DNA of 64,000 nt from the human T2T-CHM13v2.0 reference genome, Homo sapiens. The stretch lies in NCBI RefSeq assembly GCF_009914755.1, contig NC_060925.1. One strand, given 5' to 3'. The notes below the pieces were generated by a model that saw only the letters and a program-made list of their open reading frames with translations, was not told the origin of the DNA and searched no databases. Below are positions 43,519 to 58,305 of the stretch, piece after piece (position 1 is the first letter of the stretch; each line of letters starts with the position of its first letter). The position numbers and the translations under genes were made by a program.

Positions 43519-46447
43519 GCCTAGAAGACCAGGCAGAGGACTGGGAAGCAGGAGGTTCCCAAATCCACTACTGACCTGCAGTGTAGTTGCTGAGTCAGCA
43601 GGCTGAGAGCTTAGTTCCAAGATCACACCTGTGTTTTAAGCCCAGCTCTGCCACCTATAGATTGGGTGACTTGGATGAGCTCCTTAACCTAAGTGTCAGT
43701 TTTTGCCCATGTAAAATGATGATAAAAATACCCACCTCACAAGGCATGTATGAGAATAAAAAGGCACAAGGCCTGACTCTATGAAATAATTGAGTTCCTT
43801 TCCCTCTCTTGCCTTCCCTCCCCTCTCTGGAACTCAGCTTTCCTATCTAAAATGCCGCAAATAATCCTGGCTGGCTGCCTCCCCCTCTCTATTCCTTTTG
43901 CCTCCTAAAAAGGTTAGAACAACTGACCTAGTGAAAGTCTTGAAGGGAAATTATCTCTCCGTTATTTGATGGTATTTCTCTAGGCTTTTCCAGGAGGTCA
44001 GCAAGAATTGGGAACTTTCAAGGGCAGGGACCGAAAGGGGACAGAACAGTGTAGCCACATGAATGGCAGTGGCCTTCACCTTTTTTGTCCTCAGCACCCA
44101 GTACGTGGCCATTTACAGAGTAATCCTCAGTGAATGTTTGTTGAGTGAATCAGTGAGTGAATAAATGAAGGGATGTGGCACCCCCGGGTTTACAGGTGGA
44201 TTTCAACTTCTTTCACACCTCAGTTGAACAATAGATGGGGGGAGAAAAGGAAAATTAGACAAGACACCAAGAGGAGAATATAGCATGAAAGAAAAATTCC
44301 CATACAGGGAAGAATTTTTAAAATAGCAGAAACTCACTTTCTTCTCTAATTAGGAAAGGGCACCTAGATAATTTACATGCAACTAAAAGTGTCTGCTGCA
44401 GCCTGACCACCGTCAACTTGCCCACCTGGGTCCTGACGATGAAGCTGGTAGTGCGTGTTCCTCTTAAGTGGAAATCTCCAAGCATCAGGATGATTCTGCC
44501 AGCTAGGAAGAGATATCCCGATTCATAGGCTGGAAAAGGCTGTGAATTGTGCAGTTTGCTGGGGACTACCCCACAAAGTATTAGTAATAATAATAAAAGT
44601 AGTTCACATTGTTATGTGCTGGCACTATGCTGATCGCTTTACCTGCATTACCTCATTGCATCTTCCAACAGTAATACTTCACAAAGTTGTAAAAAACAAA
44701 GACAATGACTAGAAGTTGTTAGCCAGCACCCGGTACTTGGTAATCCCTCAATGAACGGTAGCTCTCATAGCAATTCTGTGAGGTTAGCATTCTCATTGCC
44801 TCACATTTTGCAGGTAAGAAAACAGGCACAGAGATGTCAGGTTGCTTGCTTAAAGTCACCCAGTAAGTAGCAGAGCTGGACCTGGAACCCAGGTCTGCAA
44901 AGCTCTGGGCCCACTCCCATAACGATGAGTTCATACTGCCTCATGCAAACTGGAGTCATTACAGAGCCATGCCCTACACTCTGCCATTTCCCCATTGAGG
45001 CCCCCAAATGAGCCCCCAGCCCATGTGACGAGGCACATTTCACAATCTGTACACCCAGAAAACCAGATGGGCCACTGGCAGGCACGAGAACCCTGGGGCG
45101 CCCCTGTCGTGCCCAGGGAACATCGTGTGTGGGGCTGACTGGAAAATGATTCCTCTGTGAGCAGTTGTGTCAGGGCCTCCCTGTGGGTGATTAGAGAGTG
45201 ATTGATCACTGTTAATGAGGTTGGGTGGCTCATGGCAGGATTTAGCAAGTCATTGGGAGTATCTGGGTGTCAACACCCAGCTCAGGCGGCCCCTGGAACT
45301 CTTCCTTCTCTGGCTGAAGGGAAGTGGGGTCTAGCCTGCTGGATCTGTCCTGTGCCACACACCTTCTTTGGTGGAGCTTGAGACCACCTCCTTTGGTGTT
45401 GGGTTTTCTTCCCACCTTCTGGAAAGTTGAGTGAGTACTTTCTTTTCTGTAGCTTAACTACTGAGTCCCATCCTGCCGTATGCTGCATGTCCTTAGGCAG
45501 GTGCCTCTCTGGAACTAGACCTCTGAGGTCTGTCTGCATCCTAAATTGCTAGGATTCTAACAGAAGGAAATGATACCAAAAGTTCTCAACTGATGGCTGA
45601 GACAGCATTTCCTTGGTCTTATTGGGGGTTTTAAGTAGCTCAGCCAGAAAGCAGTGGGCATTTTGACTCAGAAGAGACTTGTTGGGATGAAACCCCACTT
45701 TACCACTCTAGACTTTCACCATCCTGGTGCCCAGAATGAGGCATGTTGGAGCCATGAAGGCTGAGGCTGACTGGGCATGGAGCAGCTGGCACCACACCCC
45801 TGTTGTGCCGAGTGCCAGTGAACTGGGGAAAGGTCCCATCCCCTCCTCCCAGAGCACTGGCCCCGGCAATTTGCACTTCCTCACAGACTGGACGGGAGGC
45901 CTCAAGAAGTGAGGCCTATCAGGTAGACCCCTGAGCTCCTCTCTCTTGATCTTGTTGCCTGCTCTCTCCTAAATGGAGGAGAAGCCAGACGGGGAGACTC
46001 TGAGGAGGCGGCTCTGTGAAGGTTCTGGATGCTGGGAGCCAGAGACCTCAGTTCTAGGCCTGATGCCTTGAGGTACAAGCTCAGTGGCCTTAGGCAAGCC
46101 AGTGGCCCTCTCCATGGCTCAGTTTTTCCTCAAATGAGGACAGTCATAACTTCCCTCCCTACCTGACAGGGGCGTTGTAAGATCAGAGGTGATGACAGAT
46201 GTATGAGAAGCACATTGAAAAATATAACACTATGCAAATGTGAGGGATTATCAAATCTTGGATTTCCTCCTTAGTGGGCTGGCTTTCCTTAAAACAAGGT
46301 GGCATATGCAAAGTACCTGGCTCACACCTGGCACACAGTAGGCGGACAAGCTCTGGGAGCTGTGCCAGGCTGATGCCTTTGATCTTGCCTTTCCTTTGAT
46401 CTGGAAGGTCCAAGGTCCTCCCAACTCATCTCCATTCTCCCTCTTCC

Positions 46448-46543
46448 CCTCCACCCCTCTTCTCCTCCACCCCTCTTCTCCTCCACCCCTCTTCTCCTCC
46501 ACCCCTATTCCCCTCCACCCCTCTTCCCCTCCACCCCTCTTCT
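46448..46543. repeat. 16-bp minisatellite, 6 copies
   Basis: Unit CCTCCACCCCTCTTC(T/C) x6, one copy with a C>A change. Confidence 0.95.
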
Positions 46544-49500
46544 TAACCAACATCCGTCACTCCCTTGGGTTCAGGCAGGTCAGAAGTCCTCTTGTTTCTT
46601 TTTCTTCATAGCTCTCTTCACCCATCTAATGTTAACTGTTTGTTTTTGTGGTCATGTAGGTCTTACTGCCACTAAAATGCAACCTCCGTGTCGGCAGGGA
46701 TGACCTCGTTATCTTATTCTCCCAGGACAGGTTCTGGCACATAGTAGTTACTTGATAAATATTTGTTAAAAATGAGGGATGGATGGTTACGTGGATGGAT
46801 GCCACCCAGGTTTATTGCTTTTTAAATCTCTCCTACATCCCTTCTTGGAAAGTAGTAGTTTTTTCCCTCTTGAGAAAGTGCTAGCCATAGAGTTCCCAGG
46901 CCAGACCCTAGGAGTCCTGGCTTCACTCATTCAGTACCCTGCAACAGGTCACCTAACATCTCTATTGTATATTTCCTGGTCTGTAAAGTAGGGATAATAA
47001 CACATCATGTATGTTGGGAGGCTCTATGAGATAATGGAAGTTGGGCAAGGTGTTATTACACTATCTCTTTTGTTTCTTTTGAACAGAACCCCATTCACAG
47101 ACAGGAGGCTTGTGGGAGGATGAAAATTTAAGAACCTCAGGCAGAGTATCCCCTTTACTCCCATTTGGAGGTTCTGGGATGATGATGGTGATGATGGTTA
47201 TTATTAACTGAGCAATTATTCTCTGGCAGGCTCTAGGTTAAACACATTTCCTACCTTAATGTACTTAATTCTCCTAACAACCCATGAGATGAACCCTACT
47301 GTAAAGTAGCCACCCCTATTGACTCTCCATTATCTTACTATGTTAATTTTCTTCATAGCACTTATTACTAACTAAAAATAACTAATTTACCTACTTGTTT
47401 ATGGTCTGTCTTCCCCAATTAGATTGTAAGTTCCATGGAAGCAGAGTCTTATCTGTCTCATTTTAGTTGATTCCCAGTGCTCAGAAGAGTCCCTGACTGG
47501 CACACTGGCACATAGAAGACACTCAATAGACCCATTTAACAGATGAGGAAATAGAAGGGCTAAGTGCCTTACCCAAGGACATGTAGTTAACAAACCCATA
47601 CACTGTGACCCTGGTGCTGCCTCCTTCTATGTGCTGCAGGTTCAGGTGTGCTGTGTCTGGTAGAGATCTGATGGCAGGCTATCCATGGCAGGTCTTCCCT
47701 CCTCCCTCATTTTCCTTTTCACTTTCTGATAGTTTAGTTCAGTCTTGGACAAGGACACCAACAGAGAGTTTGTGGAGGCCCCAGGGAAGCTGACCTCATA
47801 GGTTGGGAGTCCCCTGGTTTCCCTTCTTTCTTCTGGCCCTATCACCCATGAGTAGGACTCACTCCTTCTTAGAACTCTTTTCACATTGATCCAGTATCAG
47901 CTCCTGGGACAACTTATTTTTTTCCCCCTCTCTCACCTACTGGCTCCTCAATCCTTATTTGTAATCTTTAAGAGACCAGAGAGCCAAAAGTTCTTGGATT
48001 TTAGGATTCAACACACAAGTCAATACTAACCTTATTCATTAAGACTTTCTAGAAGCCAAATTCTTAGTTCTAGAACATGAGGTTATTGGTGGCAGGAGCA
48101 GGCATGGGAACCAGGGCATTGGGACTCCCAGCCCCTGACCAGAAACTCTTCCAGTCATCATCTTGCCGCCTTCCTCCTGCCTTGTGTGGGTAGGAAATTC
48201 CTTTCTGCCTTGCAACAGAGAATTAGTTCAATGTATTTTGAGAAGGGAAATTTCCAGAATAGGAAAGGCATCTAGAAAAGAGACTAGCACAGGGCTTGAA
48301 TGCTTTACTGTGTAGTCCGACAGCTCCAAGTTCAAGCTGAGCCTCCATCACTTATTGGCTGAGTGACCTTGAGCAGGTGATGTCACCTATTTGAGTCTCA
48401 ATTTCCCCTTCTATAAAAGGAGATGATAATTCCTATCTCTCAGGGCTGTTGTGTGGAGTAGATGAGATGACACACAAAAACAGATGGCACTATGTTTGCC
48501 AGTGGTAAGTGTTTAAAGTACAGAAGCTGCTGTTTATCAAGGAATCAGACTTTGGGATACCAACAAGATAGATTGGAGACCTTATAGGCCAAGAGACCCA
48601 CCCAGGTGAATAGCAGACATTGTCTGTTCTTTTGTTTCGGTGTCACTTTATCGTTGTCTTCTAAAATTTATCTTTTTTAAAGGGTAAGGTAACTCACAGC
48701 ATCAAAGCTGATAATGGTCAACCCCTAGAGTCAGCAGATTGGGGCTCCAGGCCCAGACCTGCCACTGACTTGCAGAGTAACCATGTCTTCTACCACTTTG
48801 CAACCCCTTGATGTCTTGCCCCAAGCTGACCTGGAACACAGTGATGGCTTGCATGAATTACACACTTGTTTTGTGCCAGTCAGAGTTTTAAGCATTTTCT
48901 TGTGCTGATGCGTTATCCTCATGATATTATTTGGTGGGTGCTTTTATTAGACTCGTTTACAAATGAGGAACAGTGCTAAGCACTGGTGGTCCCTGTTGAC
49001 CCAGGGGGTGGGATCAGTCAGGCATTTCCCTGCTTTTCCCATGCCTCGTTGGTTGGGAGTTTCCATTAGCTCCGGGCTGGGCAGACAGTGAGGGTGGCCA
49101 CCCTGGACTTGCTCAGTAAATTCTTCTAAACCCCAGGCCCAGGAAGCAATGAGGAGGGGCCTCTTCTCACCTCTCCTTGAGGCCCCTTGATTTATAGCAA
49201 CAGAAACTCAGGGTGTGCCTCCCGCTCTCCGCACCCCTAGAACAGGAAAGTTTCTGTCATTTCTCTTTCCTGCGTGACAGCTCCACCTCCCTTCCTCTCA
49301 GAGCCCAGCTCCTCACACCTTGGGGCCTGGTGGGATGGGAGACACTGTCCTGGATGAAGCCGCTGGGAGAGCTGCCGCCTCCTGTATGCTGAGGTATGGC
49401 CTGGCCTGCTGTTCCCACTGCAGTCTGAGGATATGGGCCCTAGTGGCCTGGCAGCAGGAGGGTACTTCATGCACCTGATTACAGGGGTCTCTGCCCACCC

Positions 49501-50036
49501 ACTAGTCTGCCACTGTGCCACAGTTTTACCACAAACACATTTTTCTGCTGTGATAAAGACTGCACCCCTGCATCAACGGAAAAGCAGTGTGGCTGCGTGG
49601 CAAGTGTGTGCCTTTGTGCTCGATAAGGCTGAGTTGAAATCCTGGTTGTCTCACGGACCAGCTGGATGATCTTGGACATTTTCTCGTTCTCTGCAAGACT
49701 CAGGTTCCTTTATCTTAACAGACGAAGCAAATGATCCTTACCTTGTAGTGTCCTTGTAAGAAGCACGGCCTAATGAACAGAGAACATTCATATGCATTAT
49801 CGTAAATGGCAGCTGGCATTGTTCTTAGGTCCCTAACATGGGAGATTCTGCCTGGCCCATGTAGAAAGGGAGGCACTGGGAAACCAGGAGACCAGCCAGT
49901 GCCCACTTCATCTCTGGGGCTCTCTCTTCATAGCCTGGACCACCCCATCTTCATACACTCTTTGCTCTAAATTGAACACAACTAGAACTTTTCTGCTTCT
50001 ATGCCTTTGTTTGTGGTTAAGAGCATGTGCAATAAC

Positions 50037-50470
50037 CAGTGATTCTTCAAAATGTGGTCCCCAGACTACCAGAATCAGCAGCACCAGGGAAATCGCTAGA
50101 AATGTACATTCTCAGCCACCCAGAGCCAGTGAATCAGACACTCCAGGGGTGGGGCCCAACAATCTGTGTGTTTTTAAATTAATTTTAAAATAATGGACAT
50201 ATAATAATTGTACATATTTATAGAGTACAGTGTGAGATTTCAGTGCACCTTTACATTGTATAATGACCAAATCAGGATAATTGCCATATTTATCACTTTA
50301 AATATTTATCATTTCTTTGGGATGATAACATTAAAAATCTACTCTTCTAGATATCCTGAAGTATACACTACATTGTTCTTTGCTGTAGTCACCCTGCTGT
50401 GAAAGCGATCTATGTTTTAACAAGCCTTCCAAGTCATTCTCATGCAGCTAAAGTTTGAGAACATTATTCT
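50037..50470. mobile_element. MER5A-like element split by an antisense L1MA-like 3' end (about 50175-50403)
   Basis: cagtgattcttcaaaatgtggtccccagac...aatctgtgtgttttt, then ataattgtacatatttatagagtacagtgtga..., then atctatgttttaacaagccttccaagtcattctcatgc. Confidence 0.8.
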
Positions 50471-51531
50471 GTACCATTGCATCACCCTGAAGGAGCTTGA
50501 ATCCCCTCTGGGCCACTCACTTACTGGGACCTTGGACAACTCTCAACTTATCTGAGCTTCAGTTTCCTCCACTGTATAATAGGAATAATAATAGTATCTG
50601 CCTTGCAGGGTTGTTTCAAGTAACATGGTAATTTATGAAATGTGCTTAGCTAGTGCCTAACGCATGGCCAGTGTTCAATAAAGAGTAGCTATTATTTTTC
50701 CATTCTTATTTTTCTGTTAGGTCCCTGCTCCTTCCCCACATTGCTGAGTGAAATAATCCCCAGTGCTGAGTTTCCCCAACTAAAATGTCTGCCTGCTCCA
50801 GAAAGCCTTTCCTGATCTCTTTCCTTTGAGCCCTTGTGGCTTGTCTCTTGAGCGAGATAATGCCTTGTATTTGTCCAAGCTTCTCAGCACCAGTACCCGG
50901 GTCCTTCCTGCCTCTGTGTGCCCTGCAGCCTTCAACTCCAGTTCCTGGCTTCTGAGCAACTGCTCAAAACTCTACAATAAAATTGGCCTGAAATGCCATT
51001 TCCCAGACCAGGTTCTGCCTAAGGGCTTCCTCGCCCTGGCTCTCTCTGTCATAGACCACGCTTTCTCCCAGACTTGAAATGATCTACGCCTTCTGTGCCT
51101 TTCACAGTCTTGAGGACAACTTCTTCAGTAGAACTCATGATGGGTTATTTGGAAATTTTATTCGTATCACATTGCAGCTTATCATTGGCATTTCCCATTC
51201 ATTACACGAATTCTCTTTGAATAAGTACGCACTATGAAAGTATTTTATTGAATCCACTCTGTAGTCTTGAAGATCAGGATGATGGCCTTCATGCTGTGGA
51301 AGAGGGAACTAAGGCCCAGGTCAACAGCTTCTACATGGCAACATTTGGAATCGATCCAGCTCCAGAGTTTGTGTCCATTCTGCTGCCCCACACTGCCTAA
51401 TGGTGGCAGAAGAGGCAGTTTCATGTTTTCAAAGCTAATAACTCTGAATTCCTGGGCGTTGGCCTGCGGCTGCCCATTCACGGACCTTCCTCTGGGATAG
51501 CCTAAATTTGACTCTCCTTACTTGCATTCAG

Positions 51532-51718
51532 TTTCAGGTCTGTGCGGCTGCTAAAGAACGACCCAGTCAACTTGCAGAAATTCTCTTACACTAGTGAGGA
51601 TGAGGCCTGGAAGACGTACCTAGAAAACCCGTTGACAGCTGCCACAAAGGCCATGATGAGAGTCAATGGAGATGATGACAGTGTTGCGGCCTTGAGCTTC
51701 CTCTATGATTACTACATG
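51532..51718 (+). CDS. GRHL3: GRHL3 exon 2 (FRSVRLL...SFLYDYYM), activation region
   Basis: Acceptor cttgcattcag|T, donor ATG|GTACGT; overlaps ORF 51542..51757. Confidence 0.98.
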
Positions 51719-54291
51719 GTACGTCTACCCCCTCTGGACATGCCCCGTTTTGACTGAATGGGTGTCTTCACTTCAGGCCTCATGGCTCAGCAGCCCACCA
51801 TGACCACCCCAGCCCCTCATCTCTGGGCCTTTGCACAATGCTGTTCCCTCTGCCTGGCACCCTCCCTTTCCCATGGCTAACCCCTACTCTCAACTTGGGG
51901 TCTCAGCTTAAATGTCACTTCATTCATTCACTGGAGAGGAGGCTTTCTTGTCTGGGTGCCCTCAGCAACCACCATCGTCGTCCTTGATGCCATCAAGAAT
52001 GCTTAGAGGCTTGCTGTTTACACATTTATTTCTTCCATCTTCTGCACGAGACTAAGCTCCTAGAGGATCATTACTGAGTCTTCAGCACACCATACAGCCT
52101 GCCACACAGTCTGTGACACGTGTTGACCAAGTGGACAGTGCCTGACCCACTCGTTGCCTGGTCCAAGCACATTCTGTGACAGCAACACTCTCATACCCCA
52201 CCATCTTCTTTTTGCCCCTGTCCTCGGATCTTACGTTTCCCTGTCATCCCAACCTACCTGGTACAGCCCCACCACCTGGAGTATACCTCCTACTCTTTAA
52301 CCCATTCCCTTCCTTCGGGGCCTTCCCAAGGCCCACCTTCTCTTAGAAGCCATCTGCCACCTCATCTCCCTCTCCTGAGGGTCTTACTGTCTTTCCTACT
52401 CCAGCTGCCATTATGTCTTTTACTGTTCTCTAACTACTTCTAGGGTCTTGGCCTTGTCTCTGAGAGGCTGTCAGCTCCTGAGAATAGGAATTAGGTCCTC
52501 CCATATCTGATAAGTAGGGGTCGGACCAGTCAGGAATCACGAGGGTATAACACATGACACAACCCCCCTCCCACCTCCAGTGCGTGTGCTAGACATTGCT
52601 AATGGATTGCAGCCTGCATTCTCATGAAGGGCACAGGAGGCTGCAGAATCTTTGTCAATGTAGTAATCCAGGTAGGCCCTACTTATCTGTCTGAATTGTC
52701 ACAAGACAGCAAACTGACTTGCTGTCCCTGGGCTGGGTAACTGCTCCAAGAAACTTTCCTAGATTGGGGGATGGGGGCACACAGCTAGCCAATTATTGAG
52801 AAACTTGAAGATTTAAAGCCACCTTGTACAGAAGACCTCAAACTTACTAGCCCAAGAAGTGTTTTATCCACTCTACCTCAAGAATAAAGGCAAATTCTTT
52901 GTTTGAACTGAGAGGCCAAGTGGGTTCCAGATAGGAGAAAGCCCAAAACTATCCTCTGGCTTTGGTTCTCCTTCTGGAGTGGTCTGGTTACCCTACCTCC
53001 CTCCTCCCCGGCAGACTGGTGGCATCCAGAGAGTGTTCAGCCCAGGTCGATGGAAGAGGAGTTTGAATGGCTGTCTTGGCTTGGGGCCATGGTAGGAGCC
53101 AGAATTCTAGATCTAGGTTCAAACTGCAGCCTGGGATTTATAGGTTGAGGATCGACCATCAGATACAATCCAACTCCTTGTCCCCTTGGCAAGAAGCCAT
53201 TCCAGGGCCAGTATGGTAGAAGAGAGGCTCTGAAGGTGACATTGATAATACTGGTTTTAGCGAAGTACAGTGTCTCAGTGAGATACACCTGCCCTGGCCT
53301 CCCCATTCCAGAGCACTCTGGATTCAGAGCAGCCCCCTGGACAGTGATGACATGGTCTGATGGTGTGGAAGGAGCACCAAGTCGGGAATTTGAGACCTAG
53401 TCCTGCCACAAATCTGGCTTCGGGTAATATAGTGCTAAAGGCAACTGCTTACCATTTCTTATTGAATGTCCACCACTGTGTCAGGCACTTTCCTTCATAC
53501 TCTCTTGGGGTGATTAAGAGTACAGGCTTTGGAGGCTATGCTGGGTTGGGGTCCTGGTTCTAGCTGTATCAGCCTTAGAGACAAATGCATTAGAATGTTC
53601 TAAGATATAACAATATTATAATTATACTCATGAAAGGTCACATTTATATAGTGCTCTCCATGTGCTAGGTGCTATTCTGAGTGTTCAAAGTGACCCCCTG
53701 AGTTTGGTATTATATGATGATCTCTGTACAGATGAGGATATGAGGAATGGAGAGGTTAAGGGACTTGTGTAAGGTCACACAGCTAGTATGTGGTAGGTCT
53801 AGGAACTGACCCCAAGAAAGCTGGATTCAGAGTCTATGCTTGTAAGTACTAAGACAATAGAGTCTCTCTGAGCCCCCATTTCCTCATCCATAGAATGGTG
53901 ATGATACTAGTAGACATCTCAGAGTGACTGTGAGGATTAAGAGATGAGAAGGCACTTAGTACAATGCCTAGCCCATATGAAGTACTCTATTAAAAAAGGG
54001 AGTATTTTTTATTAACAAATATTCATAATCCCCTTTAAGTAGGTATTATAACCACTCACTTGACATATGAAGAAACTGAGTCTCAGAGAGGTGTAGTCAT
54101 TTATCCAAAGTCACAGTGCACTTTCAAGTGGCATTTCTAGGACTTACGCCAGGCCTGCCTGACTCCAAATTTCATGCTCCTTAACTATCAAGCTTGAGGT
54201 TCTTCTTCCCACTCCCTGACTTGGGGCTCAGACTAATCATAGCTAGAGCTCCAGCCAGTGGGAAGGACTGGAGGGTTTTCTAGTGAGCAAG

Positions 54292-54649
54292 TGTATTAGT
54301 CTGTTCTCACGCTGCTAATAAAGACATACCCAGGACTGGGTAATTTTTAAAGGAAAGAGGTTTAATTGACTCACAGTTCAGCATGGCCAGGGAGGCGTCA
54401 GGAAACTTAAATCATGGAGGAAGGGGAAGCAAACACATCCTTCTTCACATGGCGGCAGCAAGGAAAAGTCCCGAGCGAAAGGGAGAAAGCCCTCTTATAA
54501 AATAATCAGATACGATGAGAACTCACTGTCATGAGAACAGCAGCATGGGAGTAACCACCCCCATCATGCAATTACCTCCCACTCCCATGTGATTATGGGA
54601 ACTACGATTCAAGATGAGATTTGGGTGGGGACACAGCCGAACCATATCA
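54292..54649 (-). mobile_element. THE1 (C/D-like) MaLR solo LTR in intron 2
   Basis: TG...CA termini: tgtattagtctgttctcacgctgctaataaagacatacc ... gagatttgggtggggacacagccgaaccatatca. Confidence 0.93.
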
Positions 54650-54750
54650 CCAAAGTTACTCCCCTGCCTGGCCAAAGCTGCAGGAGGGGATTGAGGCTCC
54701 TACCAGCAGAAGCTTAGCCATGCATAAATCCTTCCTTTCTCTCTTCTCAG

Positions 54751-54812
54751 GGTCCCAAGGAGAAGCGGATATTGTCCTCCAGCACTGGGGGCAGGAATGA
54801 CCAAGGAAAGAG
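54751..54812 (+). CDS. GRHL3: GRHL3 exon 3 (GPKEKRILSSSTGGRNDQGK-R)
   Basis: Acceptor ctttctctcttctcag|GGT, donor AG|GTGAGG. Confidence 0.97.
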
Positions 54813-55115
54813 GTGAGGCTTGCCAACACCCTCTGCCTCTTTGCCCTTCCCCACCTCCACCTGGAGCCTCTTCCACACAGGTTTGACTTATCCATTAGGC
54901 ACAGGAGGCACAGTGCTGAGGGCCCACAACACATTTTGGGATTCATGATAATGTTTTCATTTATTTTAAAATTAAAAGAAAAAAATCAATATAATCCAAC
55001 TTGGATTATATTCATCTTTATACCATTGTACTTACTAAAGATATTTTTAAATGTTTTGGAAGAGGCCAGTGAAGGCAGAGCCTAGGGCTCTTGAAAGTCC
55101 TAATGAAACTCAGCT

Positions 55116-55119
<4 letters not shown>

Positions 55120-55168
<49 letters not shown>

Positions 55169-55172
55169 ACAC
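55120..55172. repeat. (CA)n microsatellite
   Basis: Over 20 CA units with one interruption. Confidence 0.95.
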
Positions 55173-55310
55173 CCCAGATGCCTATAGGCCATGTGGGCTG
55201 GAGTTTACTGAAAACAAACTTCAAAGCCTTAGTAATAGAAAAGCCCTGGGGACAGCTTTTCTTTCTCAGCTTCAAAACCCTCTCCCCTGAAGACCCACAG
55301 CCTCTGGGAG

Positions 55311-55355
55311 AGGGAGACCTGTGTTGGGGGAGGGAGACCTGTGTTGGGGGAGGGA
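55311..55355. repeat. 20-bp tandem duplication
   Basis: AGGGAGACCTGTGTTGGGGG x2 plus a partial third copy. Confidence 0.93.
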
Positions 55356-55593
55356 CATCTGGGTTCCCATACTTCTTCCCCTGGCATTAGTGCCCCAGGG
55401 CATTGATGTTCCTTTCCTTTAGAAAGCGGCCCAGGCCATGCTTAAGACTAGATGGGCACTGGAAAGACCTTGTCCCTCTTTCTCCACTTTCTCCTTCCTG
55501 GCCAATCAGGTGACTTCTCACAAATGACCCTGTAGGGCCTCTGCTGGGAAGCCTTTTGAAAAATTCAAACAGGCATTGCAGCTCATCTCATAA

Positions 55594-55982
<389 letters not shown>

Positions 55983-56298
55983 ACTCAAAACTAATTTTTA
56001 AAAATATCATTAGCTCTTCTGATTACAAAAGCAACACCAGTCTCTTGCAAAAGATTCAAACTCTTCAGAAATGTATAAAGTAAAAAAAAAATTCCTATAA
56101 TCCTGTACCCCTCTCCCGCTTAACAGTTTGGGGTACATCCTTCCAGATCTTTTCCTAAACATGTGTTAATTGTACTCAGAGATACACGTTTCTTCCACCC
56201 TCCCCACTTTGTACACACCCCGCTAGGGTTGACTCAATACAGTTGTTTTGAAGTAGGGACGTTTTGACACAGAGACATTTGACTTTGGCTAAAAATAA

Positions 56299-56958
<660 letters not shown>

Positions 56959-57046
56959 TAGATATGTGTGTGCATATACAGAATGAGAGAAGATAGTGAA
57001 CAGATCAGAGCTTTGGAATCCATGGGGGAAAGCATCCTAGAGCTGA

Positions 57047-57253
<207 letters not shown>

Positions 57254-57736
57254 TAACTTGGTCTCCCTGGACCCTCAGACACCTGGGCAGTGGGCAGGAG
57301 GCTGCAGACAGAGCCCCACACTGTCCCCAGAGCATAGCAGGCACAATCAATTAATGAGAAGTGGGGGATGAAGGCAGATAGATAGAGGGAGACAGAATGA
57401 TTCCCACATCCTGTCCCCGGGCTGTGATAGGGAGCTCAGAACTTGTACCTTATCAGAAAACTGAGGTTCTTTTATCCTTAGTTTTCCCTGGTTTTGTCAC
57501 CCCTCAAGGTTCTCTCTAATTTTCATTGGGCCCTCATTATTCAGCAGGACTGTGGCTCAACAAAGCCATTAAATAGAACCCCCAAATTGAGGAAACTGGG
57601 GCCCAAGGAAGTAAGGTTATTTTCCAAGGTCAAACAGCAAGTCTGTAACATAGCCTCAGGCTTCCTGCCCCACTGCCCTCTAGGAGACTTCCTGCCTGGG
57701 AGCCCAGCCTCACTGTCCTCTCCCTCCTCCCTGCAG

Positions 57737-57890
57737 TGACTTTGAATACACCCTGGGCTCCCCCAAAGCCATCCACATCAAGTCAGGCGAGTCACCCATG
57801 GCCTACCTCAACAAAGGCCAGTTCTACCCCGTCACCCTGCGGACCCCAGCAGGTGGCAAAGGCCTTGCCTTGTCCTCCAACAAAGTCAAG
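57737..57890 (+). CDS. GRHL3: GRHL3 exon 6 ([10 protein letters not shown]...YLNKGQFY...NKVK), start of CP2 DNA-binding domain
   Basis: Acceptor ctcctccctgcag|T, donor AAG|GTGCGT. Confidence 0.98.
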
Positions 57891-58053
57891 GTGCGTTGGC
57901 CTGGAGCAGCTTCAGAAGGGGTGGAATGGGGCAAGATATACCTCCTCCTTGGGCTAGCCACGGACCCTGGGGAAAGGCTGTTTGATAATAGCCCATTGCC
58001 ACAGGGTTGGGGAAACTGAGGCAAAAGGGCAGGCCATTGGAACCAGGCTCTAG

Positions 58054-58305
<252 letters not shown>

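Noticed and set aside
46448-46543. CRISPR-like or synthetic array
   Set aside because: Direct head-to-tail repeats with no unique spacers, in a eukaryotic intron; an ordinary minisatellite.
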